NCBI GenBank assembly: GCA_963803435.1
Contig: CAWDML010000009.1
Coordinates: forward strand, 1,152,001-1,216,000
Reading direction: 5' to 3'
Origin: an uncultured delta proteobacterium
GTDB taxonomy: Bacteria; Myxococcota; Kuafuiibacteriia; Kuafuiibacteriales; Kuafuiibacteriaceae
Length of the DNA stretch: 64,000 nucleotides
Shown here: positions 8,184 to 17,544 of the stretch, piece by piece
How the letters are laid out: each line of letters starts with the position of its first letter
How positions within the stretch are numbered: position 1 is the stretch's first letter
Notes under the pieces: generated by a model
Told to the model about the DNA's origin: nothing
The model's database searches: none
What the model saw: only the letters and a program-made list of their open reading frames with translations
Program-made: the position numbers and the translations under genes

Positions 8184-10268
8184 CTACTCTTCGTCCTCTA
8201 CTGCGACGAAGCCGGACTCCTTCACGATCTTGTCCTGGATGGGCGGCGGCACCGGCTCCATGTGCGAGAACTCCATCACGAACGATCCGCGGCCCTGGGT
8301 CATCGACCGGAGCGCGGCCTCGTAGCTCTGGATCTCCGCCAGCGGCATTTGCGCCTTGATGGTCACGTACTTGCCCATCGAGTTGGTACCGCTGAGACGA
8401 CCGCGGCGGGTGTTCACGTCGCCCATGACGTCGCCCATGTTCTCCTCGGGCACCGCGATCTCGACGTCCATGATCGGTTCGAGCAACACGGGTCGCGCCT
8501 TGGCGGCGGCGATCTTGAAGCCCTTCGAGCCTGCCATCTGGAAGGCGACGTCCTTCGAGTCGACCGGGTGGTACTTGCCGTCGATCAGACGGACGTGGAC
8601 GTCGACGACCGGGTAGCCCGCCAGGACGCCGCGCGCCATCGCCTTGCGGAGGCCCTTCTCGACGGACGGGATGAACTGCCGGGGGATGGCGCCGCCGACG
8701 ATGCCGTCCTCGAACACGAACCCGCTGCCCTTCTCGCCGGGCTCGAAGTCCATGTAGGCCACGCCGAACTGCCCGGCGCCGCCCGTCTGCTTCTTGTGCT
8801 TCCCTTCGACGTTCTTCACCGCGACCGTGAACGTCTCCTGGTAGGGGATGCGGGGCAGCTCGAGCTCGACGGGCGCTCCGAACTTGCGAGCCATCTTCTC
8901 GGCCGCGATCTCGATGTGTTGCTGGCCCGAGCCGGACAGGAGGATCTGACCGGAGGTCTCGTCGCGGCCCAGGCTGAGGCCGGGATCCTCTTCGACGACC
9001 TTCTGGACGGCCGCCATGATCTTGTCCTCGGTGCCCTTGTCCCGGGCGCGGAGGGCCCGCGAGATCAGGGGTGCCGGCAGCTTCACCACGTCCATCACCC
9101 AGCCGTCGGTGCTGAGGGTGTCGTTGTTGTGGACCTCCTTCAGCTTGGCGAGGGCCACGATGTCTCCGGTGGGTGCGCTCTCCACCGGCTCCAGGTCCTT
9201 GCCGATGATCGTGTTCATCGCGCCGAGGCGTTCCTTCGGCATGTTGTCGCGGTGCTTGTTCTCGAGCGTCTCACCGCCGCTGGCGTTGCCGGAGAGGACG
9301 CGCGCCACCGAGACGCGGCCCAGCTTGTCCCAGATCGTCTTGAAGACGAAGAGGGAGAGCGGCTCGTCGGCGGTCGGCTTGCGCTCGATCGACTCTTCGC
9401 CCTTCTTGCCCCCGCGCGGACCGCTCTCGAGAGGGCTCGGGAACGCGTCGACGATGAAGTCGAGCAGCAGGGAGACGCCCTGGTTGGCGGTGCCGGATCC
9501 GCAGTAGACGGGGACGATCGAGCCCTCGGCCATCGCCTTCGACAGGCCCTTGATGATCTCCTCCGCAGTCAGCGTGCCCTCGAAGAACTTCTCCATCAGC
9601 GACTCGTCGTTGCTGGCGATGTCCTCGATCAGCTGGTTGCGCGCCTCCTCGACTGCGGACGTCATGTCCGCGGGGATCGGTGCCTCCTCGTACTCACCGG
9701 AGTCGCCGGGCTTGAAGAGGTAGGCTTTTTGCGCCACCAGATCGACGACGCCGCGGAAGTCGGCCTCCTTCCCGATCGGGATCTGGAGCGCGGCAGCCTC
9801 GCGGCACATGCTGTCCTTGATGTCGGCGAGCGCCTTCGCGAAGTCGGCGTTCTCGGCGTCGAGCTTCGAGATGAAGAAGGCGCGGGCGAGCTTCATGTCG
9901 ATCGCCCAGCCGTGGACGCGGTCGGTCATCGCCTCGACGCCGTCCTTGCCCGAGACCACGCAGATGACGCTGTCCATCGCCTGCATGCAGGTGCGGCTGT
10001 CCTTGAGGAAGTTTCCGTCTCCGGGCGTGTCGATGATGTTGATCTTGTGCTTCTTCCACTCGAGCGAGCCGATGGCGGAGGCAGAGCTCATCACGCGCTT
10101 CTGCTCCTCGGGCTCCCAGTCCAGCACCGAGGTGCCGTCCGAGGTGTTCCCGAGCCGCTTGGTTCGCTTGGCGGACCAGAGCGCAGCCTCTGCGATCGAG
10201 GTCTTGCCGCACGCTTTGTGGCCGATCAGACCAACGTTTCGGATGTCCTTGGAGTCGAAAACCTTCAT
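8184..10268 (-). CDS. fusA: Elongation factor G-like protein (EF-G2 paralogue)
   Basis: 694 aa; GHKACGKTS, DTPG and SKLD G-motifs; KKQTGGAGQFG; GYPVVD; YHPVDS; PVLLEPIM; LRSMTQGRG. Confidence 0.92.
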   Translation of the reverse strand: MKVFDSKDIRNVGLIGHKACGKTSIAEAALWSAKRTKRLGNTSDGTSVLDWEPEEQKRVMSSASAIGSLEWKKHKINIIDTPGDGNFLKDSRTCMQAMDSVICVVSGKDGVEAMTDRVHGWAIDMKLARAFFISKLDAENADFAKALADIKDSMCREAAALQIPIGKEADFRGVVDLVAQKAYLFKPGDSGEYEEAPIPADMTSAVEEARNQLIEDIASNDESLMEKFFEGTLTAEEIIKGLSKAMAEGSIVPVYCGSGTANQGVSLLLDFIVDAFPSPLESGPRGGKKGEESIERKPTADEPLSLFVFKTIWDKLGRVSVARVLSGNASGGETLENKHRDNMPKERLGAMNTIIGKDLEPVESAPTGDIVALAKLKEVHNNDTLSTDGWVMDVVKLPAPLISRALRARDKGTEDKIMAAVQKVVEEDPGLSLGRDETSGQILLSGSGQQHIEIAAEKMARKFGAPVELELPRIPYQETFTVAVKNVEGKHKKQTGGAGQFGVAYMDFEPGEKGSGFVFEDGIVGGAIPRQFIPSVEKGLRKAMARGVLAGYPVVDVHVRLIDGKYHPVDSKDVAFQMAGSKGFKIAAAKARPVLLEPIMDVEIAVPEENMGDVMGDVNTRRGRLSGTNSMGKYVTIKAQMPLAEIQSYEAALRSMTQGRGSFVMEFSHMEPVPPPIQDKIVKESGFVAVEDEE

Positions 10269-10280
10269 GGGAAAGGCCGC

Positions 10281-10310
10281 ACGCTAGCCGCCCCCCGGGA
10301 ATGGAGTCAA
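10281..10310 (-). promoter_or_regulatory. Candidate sigma70 promoter for the EF-G2 gene
   Basis: Minus strand TTGACT, 18 nt, TAGCGT, 12 nt, ATG. Confidence 0.45.
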
Positions 10311-10329
10311 CAGCGGAAAGGGTGCGGCT

Positions 10330-11097
10330 TCAGGTGCGATTCCGCTCGTAGAGAATGCGCAAACCGTCGAGCGTCAGGTTCTCGTCGACCTCTTGGATGG
10401 CGGCGGCTTCCTTCGCGATCACTGTGGCCAAACCGCCGGTCGCGATGACCCGGATGGGCTCCGACATCTCCTTCTTCATGCGGGAGACGAGGCCGTCCAC
10501 CAGCGCCGCGTAGCCGAAGTAGCAGCCCGACTGGATCGACTCCACCGTGCTCTTGCCGACCACGTGCTCCGGGCGGGCCACGTCGACCTTGGGAAGCTTG
10601 GCGGTCCGCGAGAACAACGCGTCCATCGCCAGGTTGAGCCCGGGAGCGATGGCGCCGCCGGCGTACTCGCCCCGGCCGGTGATGGAGTCGAAGGTGGTGG
10701 CGGTCCCGAAGTCCACCACGATGCAGGCGCTCCGGGTGCGCTCGAAGGCGGCGATGCCGTTGACGATGCGATCGGCGCCTACGTCCTTGGGCGGGTTGTA
10801 GAGCACCGGCATCCCGGTCTTGATGCCAGGGCCCACAATCAGGGGCTCCTGGCCGAACAGCTTCCGGATCATCTTCTCGATCGTGCCGGTCACGACGGGG
10901 ACGACCGAGGCCAGGATCAACCCGCGGATCGCGGCGGGCTCCACCCCGACGCCGCCCAGGAGCGCCCGCACGAGCAAACCGTACTCGTCCGCCGTGCGGG
11001 CGTGGACGGTCTCGAGGCGGAAGGCCTCGATCAAGCGATCGCCGTCGTAGAGGCCGATCGTGACGTTGGTGTTGCCGACGTCGAACGCGAGCAGCAT
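10330..11097 (-). CDS. coaX: Type III pantothenate kinase
   Basis: DVGNTN, VGADR, VDFGTATTFD, GGAIAPG and IATGG motifs. Confidence 0.95.
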   Translation of the reverse strand: MLLAFDVGNTNVTIGLYDGDRLIEAFRLETVHARTADEYGLLVRALLGGVGVEPAAIRGLILASVVPVVTGTIEKMIRKLFGQEPLIVGPGIKTGMPVLYNPPKDVGADRIVNGIAAFERTRSACIVVDFGTATTFDSITGRGEYAGGAIAPGLNLAMDALFSRTAKLPKVDVARPEHVVGKSTVESIQSGCYFGYAALVDGLVSRMKKEMSEPIRVIATGGLATVIAKEAAAIQEVDENLTLDGLRILYERNRT

Positions 11098-11098
11098 G

Positions 11099-11740
11099 TC
11101 AGTACTTGATCGCGTCCGGGTTGATCATCTCGCCGGCGCGCACCTTCCTGCGCTTCTTGGCGTCGACCGGGAGGATCTCCTGCCCGGGCGCGCGTCCCAC
11201 GAAGCCCTTGAGCATGATGTCGAAATCGTCCTGGAACGCCGGCCGAGTACCCGCGGCGTTCTCCATCATGAGGACGAATCCGCGCTCGCCGACGATGAAG
11301 ACGACCTGCGTGACCTCGTTGACCAGCTGCGCGTTGCCCCTCTCCCGATGCGCGAAGTCGGTGCGGATGCCGTGGGTGCCGCTGATCGCGATCCGGGACT
11401 CGCCGATCGGCTTGTAGAGCTTGGTGGCCGCCTTCACGTCGTTGGTCACCGACAGCGCAAAGTGCCGGACGTTGACGTTCGGTGGGAGGTTCCTCATCTC
11501 GACCGTCACGTGGGCCACGTAGCCGTTGTCGGGGTGCGTCTTCCAGAAGTCGACGACCGGCACGCCGGCGCGCTCGGCGGCGGTCCAGCCCACCGGGAGG
11601 TCGATCGAGAAGCGCGCCTTCGGGTCGGCCCAGGTGTTGGGCTTGCGGCCCATGAGCTCCTCCCACGGGTTCCCGGCGAACGCGGCGGCGGGGACGGCGA
11701 GGAGCGCGAGCGCCAGCAAGGTGCGCATCGCGCTCATCAT
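11099..11740 (-). CDS. Exported hypothetical protein (PsbP/DcrB-like fold possible)
   Basis: Signal peptide (ALALLAVPAAAFA); FSIDLPVGW resembles the PsbP-like FSxxxPxGW motif; co-oriented between nuoI and coaX. Confidence 0.55.
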   Translation of the reverse strand: MMSAMRTLLALALLAVPAAAFAGNPWEELMGRKPNTWADPKARFSIDLPVGWTAAERAGVPVVDFWKTHPDNGYVAHVTVEMRNLPPNVNVRHFALSVTNDVKAATKLYKPIGESRIAISGTHGIRTDFAHRERGNAQLVNEVTQVVFIVGERGFVLMMENAAGTRPAFQDDFDIMLKGFVGRAPGQEILPVDAKKRRKVRAGEMINPDAIKY

Positions 11741-11747
11741 ACCTCAC

Positions 11748-12689
11748 TCACGCTTTGGCGGGCTCGGGGGTCGCCGGGGGCGTCTGCTCGCCCTGGCCGA
11801 GGGCCTCCGGGACGACCTTTCCGGCCTTCCAGGAGCGGAGGATCATGTCAGCCTCGAACTTGGAGTCGACGCCGCCGGGCTCGCACTTGTGCGGGTTGTC
11901 GTCCTTCCCGAAGGCGAGCGCCTCCGAGTACTCCTTGCAGGTCGGCCAGTCGCAGGAGCCGCAGTCGGTACCTGCCATGGCCTCCTCGAGGAGCACCGCC
12001 AGCGCCGGCTTCTCCAGGCCGATCGCGCGGGAGGCGAACTTGGAGATCCGGTCCTTCGGGATCTCGAACTTGGCGCCCTTGCTCTTGACCCCCTCGACCT
12101 TGGGCGGCGGCAGGCGCGGCAGGTCAATCGGCGGCGGCTTGAAGGCGCGGGCCCGCGAGGATTTGTGCACCAGCCCCATCTGCTCGAGGATCTCGCCGCG
12201 GCGCTTCCGGGGGGCGTCGTAGCCCTTGAACGGCTTGAACGCCTCGACCGCGCCGTCCTGGGGGACGAAGCGGAACAGGAGGTTCTCGACGAACGCGGTG
12301 GAGGCCTCGAAGTGGGGCGTATGCGTGATGGCGCCGGTCGGGCAGGGCTCCGAGCACAGGCCACAGAACATGCACTTGGCCTTATCGATGTCGAAGCGGG
12401 TCATGATCAAGCGGCGGGTCTCGGGATCCTTGGCCGCGTCGATCCGGATGCAGTCGATCGGGCAAGCACGCTCGCAGGCCAGGCACGCCGTGCAGATGTC
12501 CATGTCCACTTCGAGGAAGCCGCGATACCGGGTCGGCAACATCTCGTGCACCGGCCGCGGGATCCGATCCGGATACTGGATCGTCGACGGACGACGAAAC
12601 ATGTAGCTCATCGTCACCGTCATCCCCTCGAAGATGGAGGTGGCGGTGTCTTTGATGTTGTCGATGTACTGCTTCAGCGTGAGCGACAT
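11748..12689 (-). CDS. nuoI: NADH-quinone oxidoreductase subunit I with extra C-terminal RnfB-type Fe-S domain
   Basis: TIQYP...RYRG; two CxxCxxCxxxCP motifs (CTACLACERACP, CMFCGLCSEPCP); extension with DCGSCDWPTC...KCEPGG. Real start MSLTLKQ at 12689, inside track ORF 11748-14006. Confidence 0.9.
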   Translation of the reverse strand: MSLTLKQYIDNIKDTATSIFEGMTVTMSYMFRRPSTIQYPDRIPRPVHEMLPTRYRGFLEVDMDICTACLACERACPIDCIRIDAAKDPETRRLIMTRFDIDKAKCMFCGLCSEPCPTGAITHTPHFEASTAFVENLLFRFVPQDGAVEAFKPFKGYDAPRKRRGEILEQMGLVHKSSRARAFKPPPIDLPRLPPPKVEGVKSKGAKFEIPKDRISKFASRAIGLEKPALAVLLEEAMAGTDCGSCDWPTCKEYSEALAFGKDDNPHKCEPGGVDSKFEADMILRSWKAGKVVPEALGQGEQTPPATPEPAKA

Positions 12690-12706
12690 CTCGGCTCCCT
12701 GACCTC

Positions 12707-14497
12707 CTAGACCAGCCGCCACGGCGGATAGTACGCCTCGTGGCCGGTGAGGTTTTCGTAGTTGTCCTTGTCGGCTCGATAGACCGCCCGGATCTTGCGG
12801 GCGTAGACCAGCACGGCCCAGCAGAAGACCCCGAACATCGCCCAGCGCATCGCGTAGTCCAGGGGCGAGCGGCTCATGCCGAACTTGGTCGACTCCAGCA
12901 CGAGCTCCCAGACCATGGTGCCCAGCACGCATGCGAACGAGAGCGGCACCAGATACTTCCAGCACAGCGTCATCATCTGATCGACGCGGATCCGCGGGAG
13001 GGTCCAGCGCAGCTGGATGACGATGAAGACGAGGATCAACGTCTTGGCGGCGAACACGCCCAGCTGCAGGCCGTTGATCACGATCGGCTGGCGGATCGCG
13101 TCCCACGAGACGCCGAGGACGCTCTCGACCGACGCCCCGAACCCGCCGGTCAGCTGGAAGATCCCGAAGGCCGCCAGGCCGAGGCCGCCGGCGAGGTGGA
13201 GGACCAGCGCGCCGTCGTACGCGCCGCGGAGCCCGAGGCGGGTGAGGATGCCGCGGGGCAGGGCGATCCGCTTGAGCGGCGCTCGGAGCGGCGGGAACAA
13301 CATCAGGAAGCCGGCGCCCAGCGCGATCAGCGCGATTCGAGAGTCGAGCCGGAAGATGATGAAGCCGGCCATGACCAGGATCGTCCCCAGCGTGATCAGC
13401 CCGCGATTCATCCACAGCTGGGCGGTCTCCGCGCTGGGCGCGGGGATGTCGGCGCTCTGGATGCGGGCGTGGGCGCGGCCGCGGTAGCGGAGGAGCTGGG
13501 CGGCGATGAGGATCGCGGGCACGGCGGCGCCGACCAGCATCACCAGCATCCCGATGCCGGTGCCGTGGGCCAGCCAGTCGGAGGGCGTGATGCCGTCGGC
13601 CTGGGTGCCGAACGGGATCTGCCAGCCGCCGAGGAACAGCGAGACGCTGACGGCGCAGAGGATCCAGACGTTGGCGAACTCGCCCAGGAAGAACATCAAG
13701 AAGCGCATGCCCGAGTACTCGGTGTTGTAGCCCGAGACCAGCTCCGACTCGGCCTCGGGGAGGTCGAACGGCGTCCGGTTGCCCTCGGCGAGCTGCGCCA
13801 CGAAGAAGACGAAAAACGCGATCAGCGTGAACGGCGAGTGGAAGACACCCCAGTTGGGGAGGAAGTCGGAGCCGCCCTGCGACTTGATCAGATCCTGCAT
13901 CGACAGCGAGCCGGTCGTGATGATCACGGTCATCGCCGCCAGCGCCGCCGGGATCTCGTACGAGATGACCTGCGCCGCCGAGCGCATGCCGCCGAGGAGC
14001 GCCCACTTGCTGTTGGAGCCCCAGCCCGCCATCAGCACGCCGATCACGACCAGCGAGGTGACGCCGAGGATGAAGAGGATGCCGATGTCGATGTCGGTGG
14101 CGATGAGCAGGCTGGTGAACGGGAGCGCCGCGAAGGCGAGCAGCATGCCCAGCACCACGAAGTAGGGCGCGATCCGGAAGAGGATCGGGTCGGCCTCTTC
14201 AGGGATCAGGTCCTCCTTGAAGAGGCACTTGATGCCGTCGACCAGCCACTGGAGGATGCCGTTCGGGCCCACCCGGTTCGGTCCCACACGCGACTGCATG
14301 CGCGCCGCGATCCGCCGCTCGAAGAAGATGAAGACCCCGGCGAAGTTGAGAGCGAAGCCGAACACCAGGCCGGCGGCGATCGCCATGAAGACCAGGTAGA
14401 CCACCTCGGTCAGCACCCAGGTGGAGGGATCGACGCCGAAGGCCCACGCGATCAGGCGGTCGGCGAGTTGCTGCAGCTGCGGAAGGTCTCCCGACAT
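12707..14497 (-). CDS. nuoH: NADH-quinone oxidoreductase subunit H with large internal membrane insertion
   Basis: [63 protein letters not shown] and [11 protein letters not shown] motifs; 596 aa. Confidence 0.93.
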   Translation of the reverse strand: MSGDLPQLQQLADRLIAWAFGVDPSTWVLTEVVYLVFMAIAAGLVFGFALNFAGVFIFFERRIAARMQSRVGPNRVGPNGILQWLVDGIKCLFKEDLIPEEADPILFRIAPYFVVLGMLLAFAALPFTSLLIATDIDIGILFILGVTSLVVIGVLMAGWGSNSKWALLGGMRSAAQVISYEIPAALAAMTVIITTGSLSMQDLIKSQGGSDFLPNWGVFHSPFTLIAFFVFFVAQLAEGNRTPFDLPEAESELVSGYNTEYSGMRFLMFFLGEFANVWILCAVSVSLFLGGWQIPFGTQADGITPSDWLAHGTGIGMLVMLVGAAVPAILIAAQLLRYRGRAHARIQSADIPAPSAETAQLWMNRGLITLGTILVMAGFIIFRLDSRIALIALGAGFLMLFPPLRAPLKRIALPRGILTRLGLRGAYDGALVLHLAGGLGLAAFGIFQLTGGFGASVESVLGVSWDAIRQPIVINGLQLGVFAAKTLILVFIVIQLRWTLPRIRVDQMMTLCWKYLVPLSFACVLGTMVWELVLESTKFGMSRSPLDYAMRWAMFGVFCWAVLVYARKIRAVYRADKDNYENLTGHEAYYPPWRLV

Positions 14498-14503
14498 GTC
14501 TTG

Positions 14504-15643
14504 TTACCTATCCAGCTCGGGGGCGACCACGTCGAGGGACGCGAACATCGCCACCACGTCCGCGATCATGGTCCCGGTCGAGATGACCTGCATGATCTGG
14601 GTGGCGGTGAAGCTCCCGGTGCGGACCTTCACCCGATACGCGTTCTCCTCGCCGTTGCACACCACGTAGTAGCCCATCTCCCCGCGGGCCGCCTCCACGG
14701 CGGCGTAGGCCTCGTCCCGCTCCGGTTTGATCTTGCGGGGGACCTTCGCCATGTAGTCGCCCTCCGGCATGCCCTCCAGCACCTGGCGGAGGATCTTGCA
14801 GCTCTCCTTCAGCTCGAGGATGCGGACGTAGTAGCGGTCGTAGCTGTCGCCGACGGTGCCGAACCAGCCCTTGCCGACGGGGACGTCGAAGTCGAGCTCG
14901 CCGTAGACGGAGTACGGGATGGCCTTCCTGACGTCGAACTTCACGCCGCTGGCCCGCAGGTTCGGGCCCACCAGGCCCCACGCGATCGCGGTCTCGCGAT
15001 CGACGATGCCGGTGTCGATGAGGCGCTCGATCAGGATCTTGTTCACCGAGATGGCCTTGTTGAACTCGTCGATGATCGGCTCGAAGTGGTTGAGCCAGCG
15101 CAGGACCCGGGTGTCGAAGCCGCGCGGGATGTCGGCCATGACGCCGCCGATCCGCATGTAGTTGTAGGTCAAGCGCGCGCCGCAGAGCTCCTCCATGAAG
15201 TCGTTGATGGTCTCGCGCTCGCGGAGCCACCAGAGGAACGGCGAGAACGCCCCCACGTCCATCACCATCGTGCCGGTGGAGATGTGGTGGGAGGCGATGC
15301 GGCAGAGCTCGCTGGCGATCACGCGGCAGTAGTAGGCGCGGCGCGGGATCTCGTCGGCGATCCCGAGCAAGCGCTCGACCGCCATGGCGTAGCCCTCGTT
15401 GGCGGTCATCGCCGCCACGTAGTCGACGCGATCGGTGTACGGCATGAAGCCGTTGTAGGTGACCCGCTCGCCGATCTTTTCAATGGAACGGTGGAGGTAG
15501 CCGACCTCGGGGATCACGCGCGAGATGACCTCGCCATCCGACTCGACGAGGAGGTTGATCACGCCGTGGGTCGACGGGTGCTGCGGCCCCATGTTGAGGA
15601 GCATCTGCTCGCGGTTCGGCTCTCGGAGCGGTTGCAGGCTCAT
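14504..15643 (-). CDS. nuoD: NADH-quinone oxidoreductase subunit D
   Basis: [31 protein letters not shown] and C-terminal [11 protein letters not shown]; ATG at 15643 overlaps the nuoC stop. Confidence 0.95.
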   Translation of the reverse strand: MSLQPLREPNREQMLLNMGPQHPSTHGVINLLVESDGEVISRVIPEVGYLHRSIEKIGERVTYNGFMPYTDRVDYVAAMTANEGYAMAVERLLGIADEIPRRAYYCRVIASELCRIASHHISTGTMVMDVGAFSPFLWWLRERETINDFMEELCGARLTYNYMRIGGVMADIPRGFDTRVLRWLNHFEPIIDEFNKAISVNKILIERLIDTGIVDRETAIAWGLVGPNLRASGVKFDVRKAIPYSVYGELDFDVPVGKGWFGTVGDSYDRYYVRILELKESCKILRQVLEGMPEGDYMAKVPRKIKPERDEAYAAVEAARGEMGYYVVCNGEENAYRVKVRTGSFTATQIMQVISTGTMIADVVAMFASLDVVAPELDR

Positions 15644-16356
15644 GCGTCGTCTCCCTCGTCGTCGTCGTCGTCCGCGGCCGCCGCGCCGGCCTTCTTGGCC
15701 TTCGGATTGACCCAACCCGCGGGCGGGGTGATCGACGACTTCTGCGGTGGCGGCTGGGGCAAGCCCTTCTCGTCGCGGGTCTTGCGGCGCGTCTCGTCCA
15801 TCTTGGCGAAGGCCTCGAGGGGCGAGGCGCGCGTCGTCCCAATCCCGTGGTAGTCCTCCTGCTCCACGTAGTCCTTGCGGAGCGGATGGCCGACCCAGTC
15901 GTCGGGCAGCATGATGCGGCGCAGATCGGAGTGGTGGAGGTAGACGATGCCGAGCAGGTCGTACTGCTCGCGCTCGAACCAGTTCGCCACCGGCCAGAGA
16001 CCCTCGACGGTCGGGACCTCGGGCACCGCCCGGGGGCAGCGGTACTTCACCACGTGCGCGTGGCCGAGCGGATAGCTGTAGAGGTGGTAGACCGACTCGA
16101 GGTAGCCGTCATCGGGCCAGTCGACGCCGGTGACGGAGCGGAGGAAGTCGAACCGCATCTGGTCGTCTTCCTTGAGGAACGTCATGACCTCCAGGAACTT
16201 CGAGACGTCCACGATCAGCGTGTACGGATCGACGGCGTCCACCAGCTCGACGGCCTCGCCAAAGCGCGCCGCGATCCGCGCGTGCAGCGCCTGCGCGACC
16301 GCGCGCGTGGGCGACTTCGCCCGGGCCGCATCCTGTTTTCCAGCCTTGGTTGCCAT
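15640..16356 (-). CDS. nuoC: NADH-quinone oxidoreductase subunit C (set 1)
   Basis: TGVDW, VYHLYS and [14 protein letters not shown]...[22 protein letters not shown] motifs; low-complexity acidic tail. Confidence 0.92.
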   Translation of the reverse strand: MATKAGKQDAARAKSPTRAVAQALHARIAARFGEAVELVDAVDPYTLIVDVSKFLEVMTFLKEDDQMRFDFLRSVTGVDWPDDGYLESVYHLYSYPLGHAHVVKYRCPRAVPEVPTVEGLWPVANWFEREQYDLLGIVYLHHSDLRRIMLPDDWVGHPLRKDYVEQEDYHGIGTTRASPLEAFAKMDETRRKTRDEKGLPQPPPQKSSITPPAGWVNPKAKKAGAAAADDDDDEGDDA

Positions 16357-16364
16357 CGCCGCCT

Positions 16365-16880
16365 CTACGCCGTCCGCGCGATCGCGCCAAGCTTGTTGGT
16401 CCAGCGCTCGCGCATCATCTTGTCCTGGATTCGCATGAAGCCCTCGGTGAGGGCCTCGGGCCGCGGCGGGCAGCCCGGCACGTAGATGTCCACGGGCACA
16501 ATCTTGTCCACGCCCTTGCACACCGAGTACGCCAGCTGGAAGAGCCCGCCGCAGGTGGCGCAGGCGCCCATCGAGATCACGTACTTCGGATCGGGCATCT
16601 GGTCGTAGAGCAGCTTGGCCCTGAGCGCCATCTTGTAGGTGAGGGTGCCGGCCACGATCATCAGGTCGGCCTGCCGCGGGGTGGCCCGCGGGACCGCGCC
16701 GAAGCGGTCGATGTCGGAGCGGGGCCCGCCGGTCTGCATCAGCTCGATCCCGCAGCAGGCGAGACCGAAGAGCAGGTACCAGATGGACGACTTGCGGTTC
16801 CAGTTGATGAGGTTGTCGAGCTTGCTGACGAGGACCATGCCCTCGTCGCCCGCCATCATGCTGTTCGTTACGTCAGACAT
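16365..16880 (-). CDS. nuoB: NADH-quinone oxidoreductase subunit B (set 1)
   Basis: [29 protein letters not shown] and [14 protein letters not shown] motifs. Confidence 0.95.
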   Translation of the reverse strand: MSDVTNSMMAGDEGMVLVSKLDNLINWNRKSSIWYLLFGLACCGIELMQTGGPRSDIDRFGAVPRATPRQADLMIVAGTLTYKMALRAKLLYDQMPDPKYVISMGACATCGGLFQLAYSVCKGVDKIVPVDIYVPGCPPRPEALTEGFMRIQDKMMRERWTNKLGAIARTA

Positions 16881-16938
16881 CGCTTAGGGCTCCGCGCCGA
16901 GGCGCCGCCGCCATACATGATCCATGATCCCGGAAGCC

Positions 16939-17337
16939 TCAGCGGGGCTTCGGTTGTTTGAGCTGCTTGATCCACTCGAGGTCACCCTTCTTCCACACGT
17001 ACGCGAGGCCGGCGAGCAGGATGACGACGAACACCATCAGCTCGCCGAAGGCGGCGTAGCCCGCAGCGTGCTCCTTCCAGGCGCGGAAGACCACGGCGAC
17101 CGGGAAGGTCAGCGCGATCTCCACGTCGAAGATCACGAAGATCAGGGCGACGATATAGAACCGGGGGTTGAAGTTGAACCAGGCGTCGCCGATGGGGCGC
17201 TCGCCGCACTCGTAGATCTGGTTCTTGTCCGGATTGGGGAATCGGGGGGCGACCAGCCGGGAGAACGTCAGGGCCGCCACCACGAAACCGATCGCCAGGA
17301 CCATGAACACCAGGACTTGCGCGAAATCGAAGGGCAT
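16939..17337 (-). CDS. nuoA: NADH-quinone oxidoreductase subunit A (set 1)
   Basis: YECGE, FYIVALIFVIFDVE and YVWKKGDLEW motifs; 3 TM helices. Confidence 0.95.
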   Translation of the reverse strand: MPFDFAQVLVFMVLAIGFVVAALTFSRLVAPRFPNPDKNQIYECGERPIGDAWFNFNPRFYIVALIFVIFDVEIALTFPVAVVFRAWKEHAAGYAAFGELMVFVVILLAGLAYVWKKGDLEWIKQLKQPKPR

Positions 17338-17350
17338 CGGTGTGACGGAA

Positions 17351-17379
17351 CCGCTATTGAAGGCGCGACCTTATGTCAA
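17351..17379 (-). promoter_or_regulatory. Sigma70-type promoter of nuo operon 1
   Basis: Minus strand TTGACA (17379-17374), 17 nt, TAGCGG (17356-17351), 13 nt before the nuoA ATG. Confidence 0.55.
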
Positions 17380-17544
17380 TGAAAGTCGTCGGACGTTCGG
17401 CGGATGCCTGTGGGCCTCGATGCGCCAATCTACGGATGTACGGGTCGCACCGCGGAATTTACCTTCCGCCGGAGGACGGGACACTGTCTGCGGGGGGCCG
17501 TGGACGGAGAGGGGGAAAGCTTCCCCCTGAGGAGGCCATTGTTG

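Noticed and set aside
11748-14006. 752-aa ORF read as one giant NuoI
   Set aside because: The first 439 codons are an alternative frame over nuoH. The real start is the ATG at 12689.
7752-15853. Very long plus-strand ORFs (898 aa, 1037 aa and others)
   Set aside because: Antisense shadows of EF-G2 and nuo genes, expected with high-GC codon bias; no recognisable motifs.
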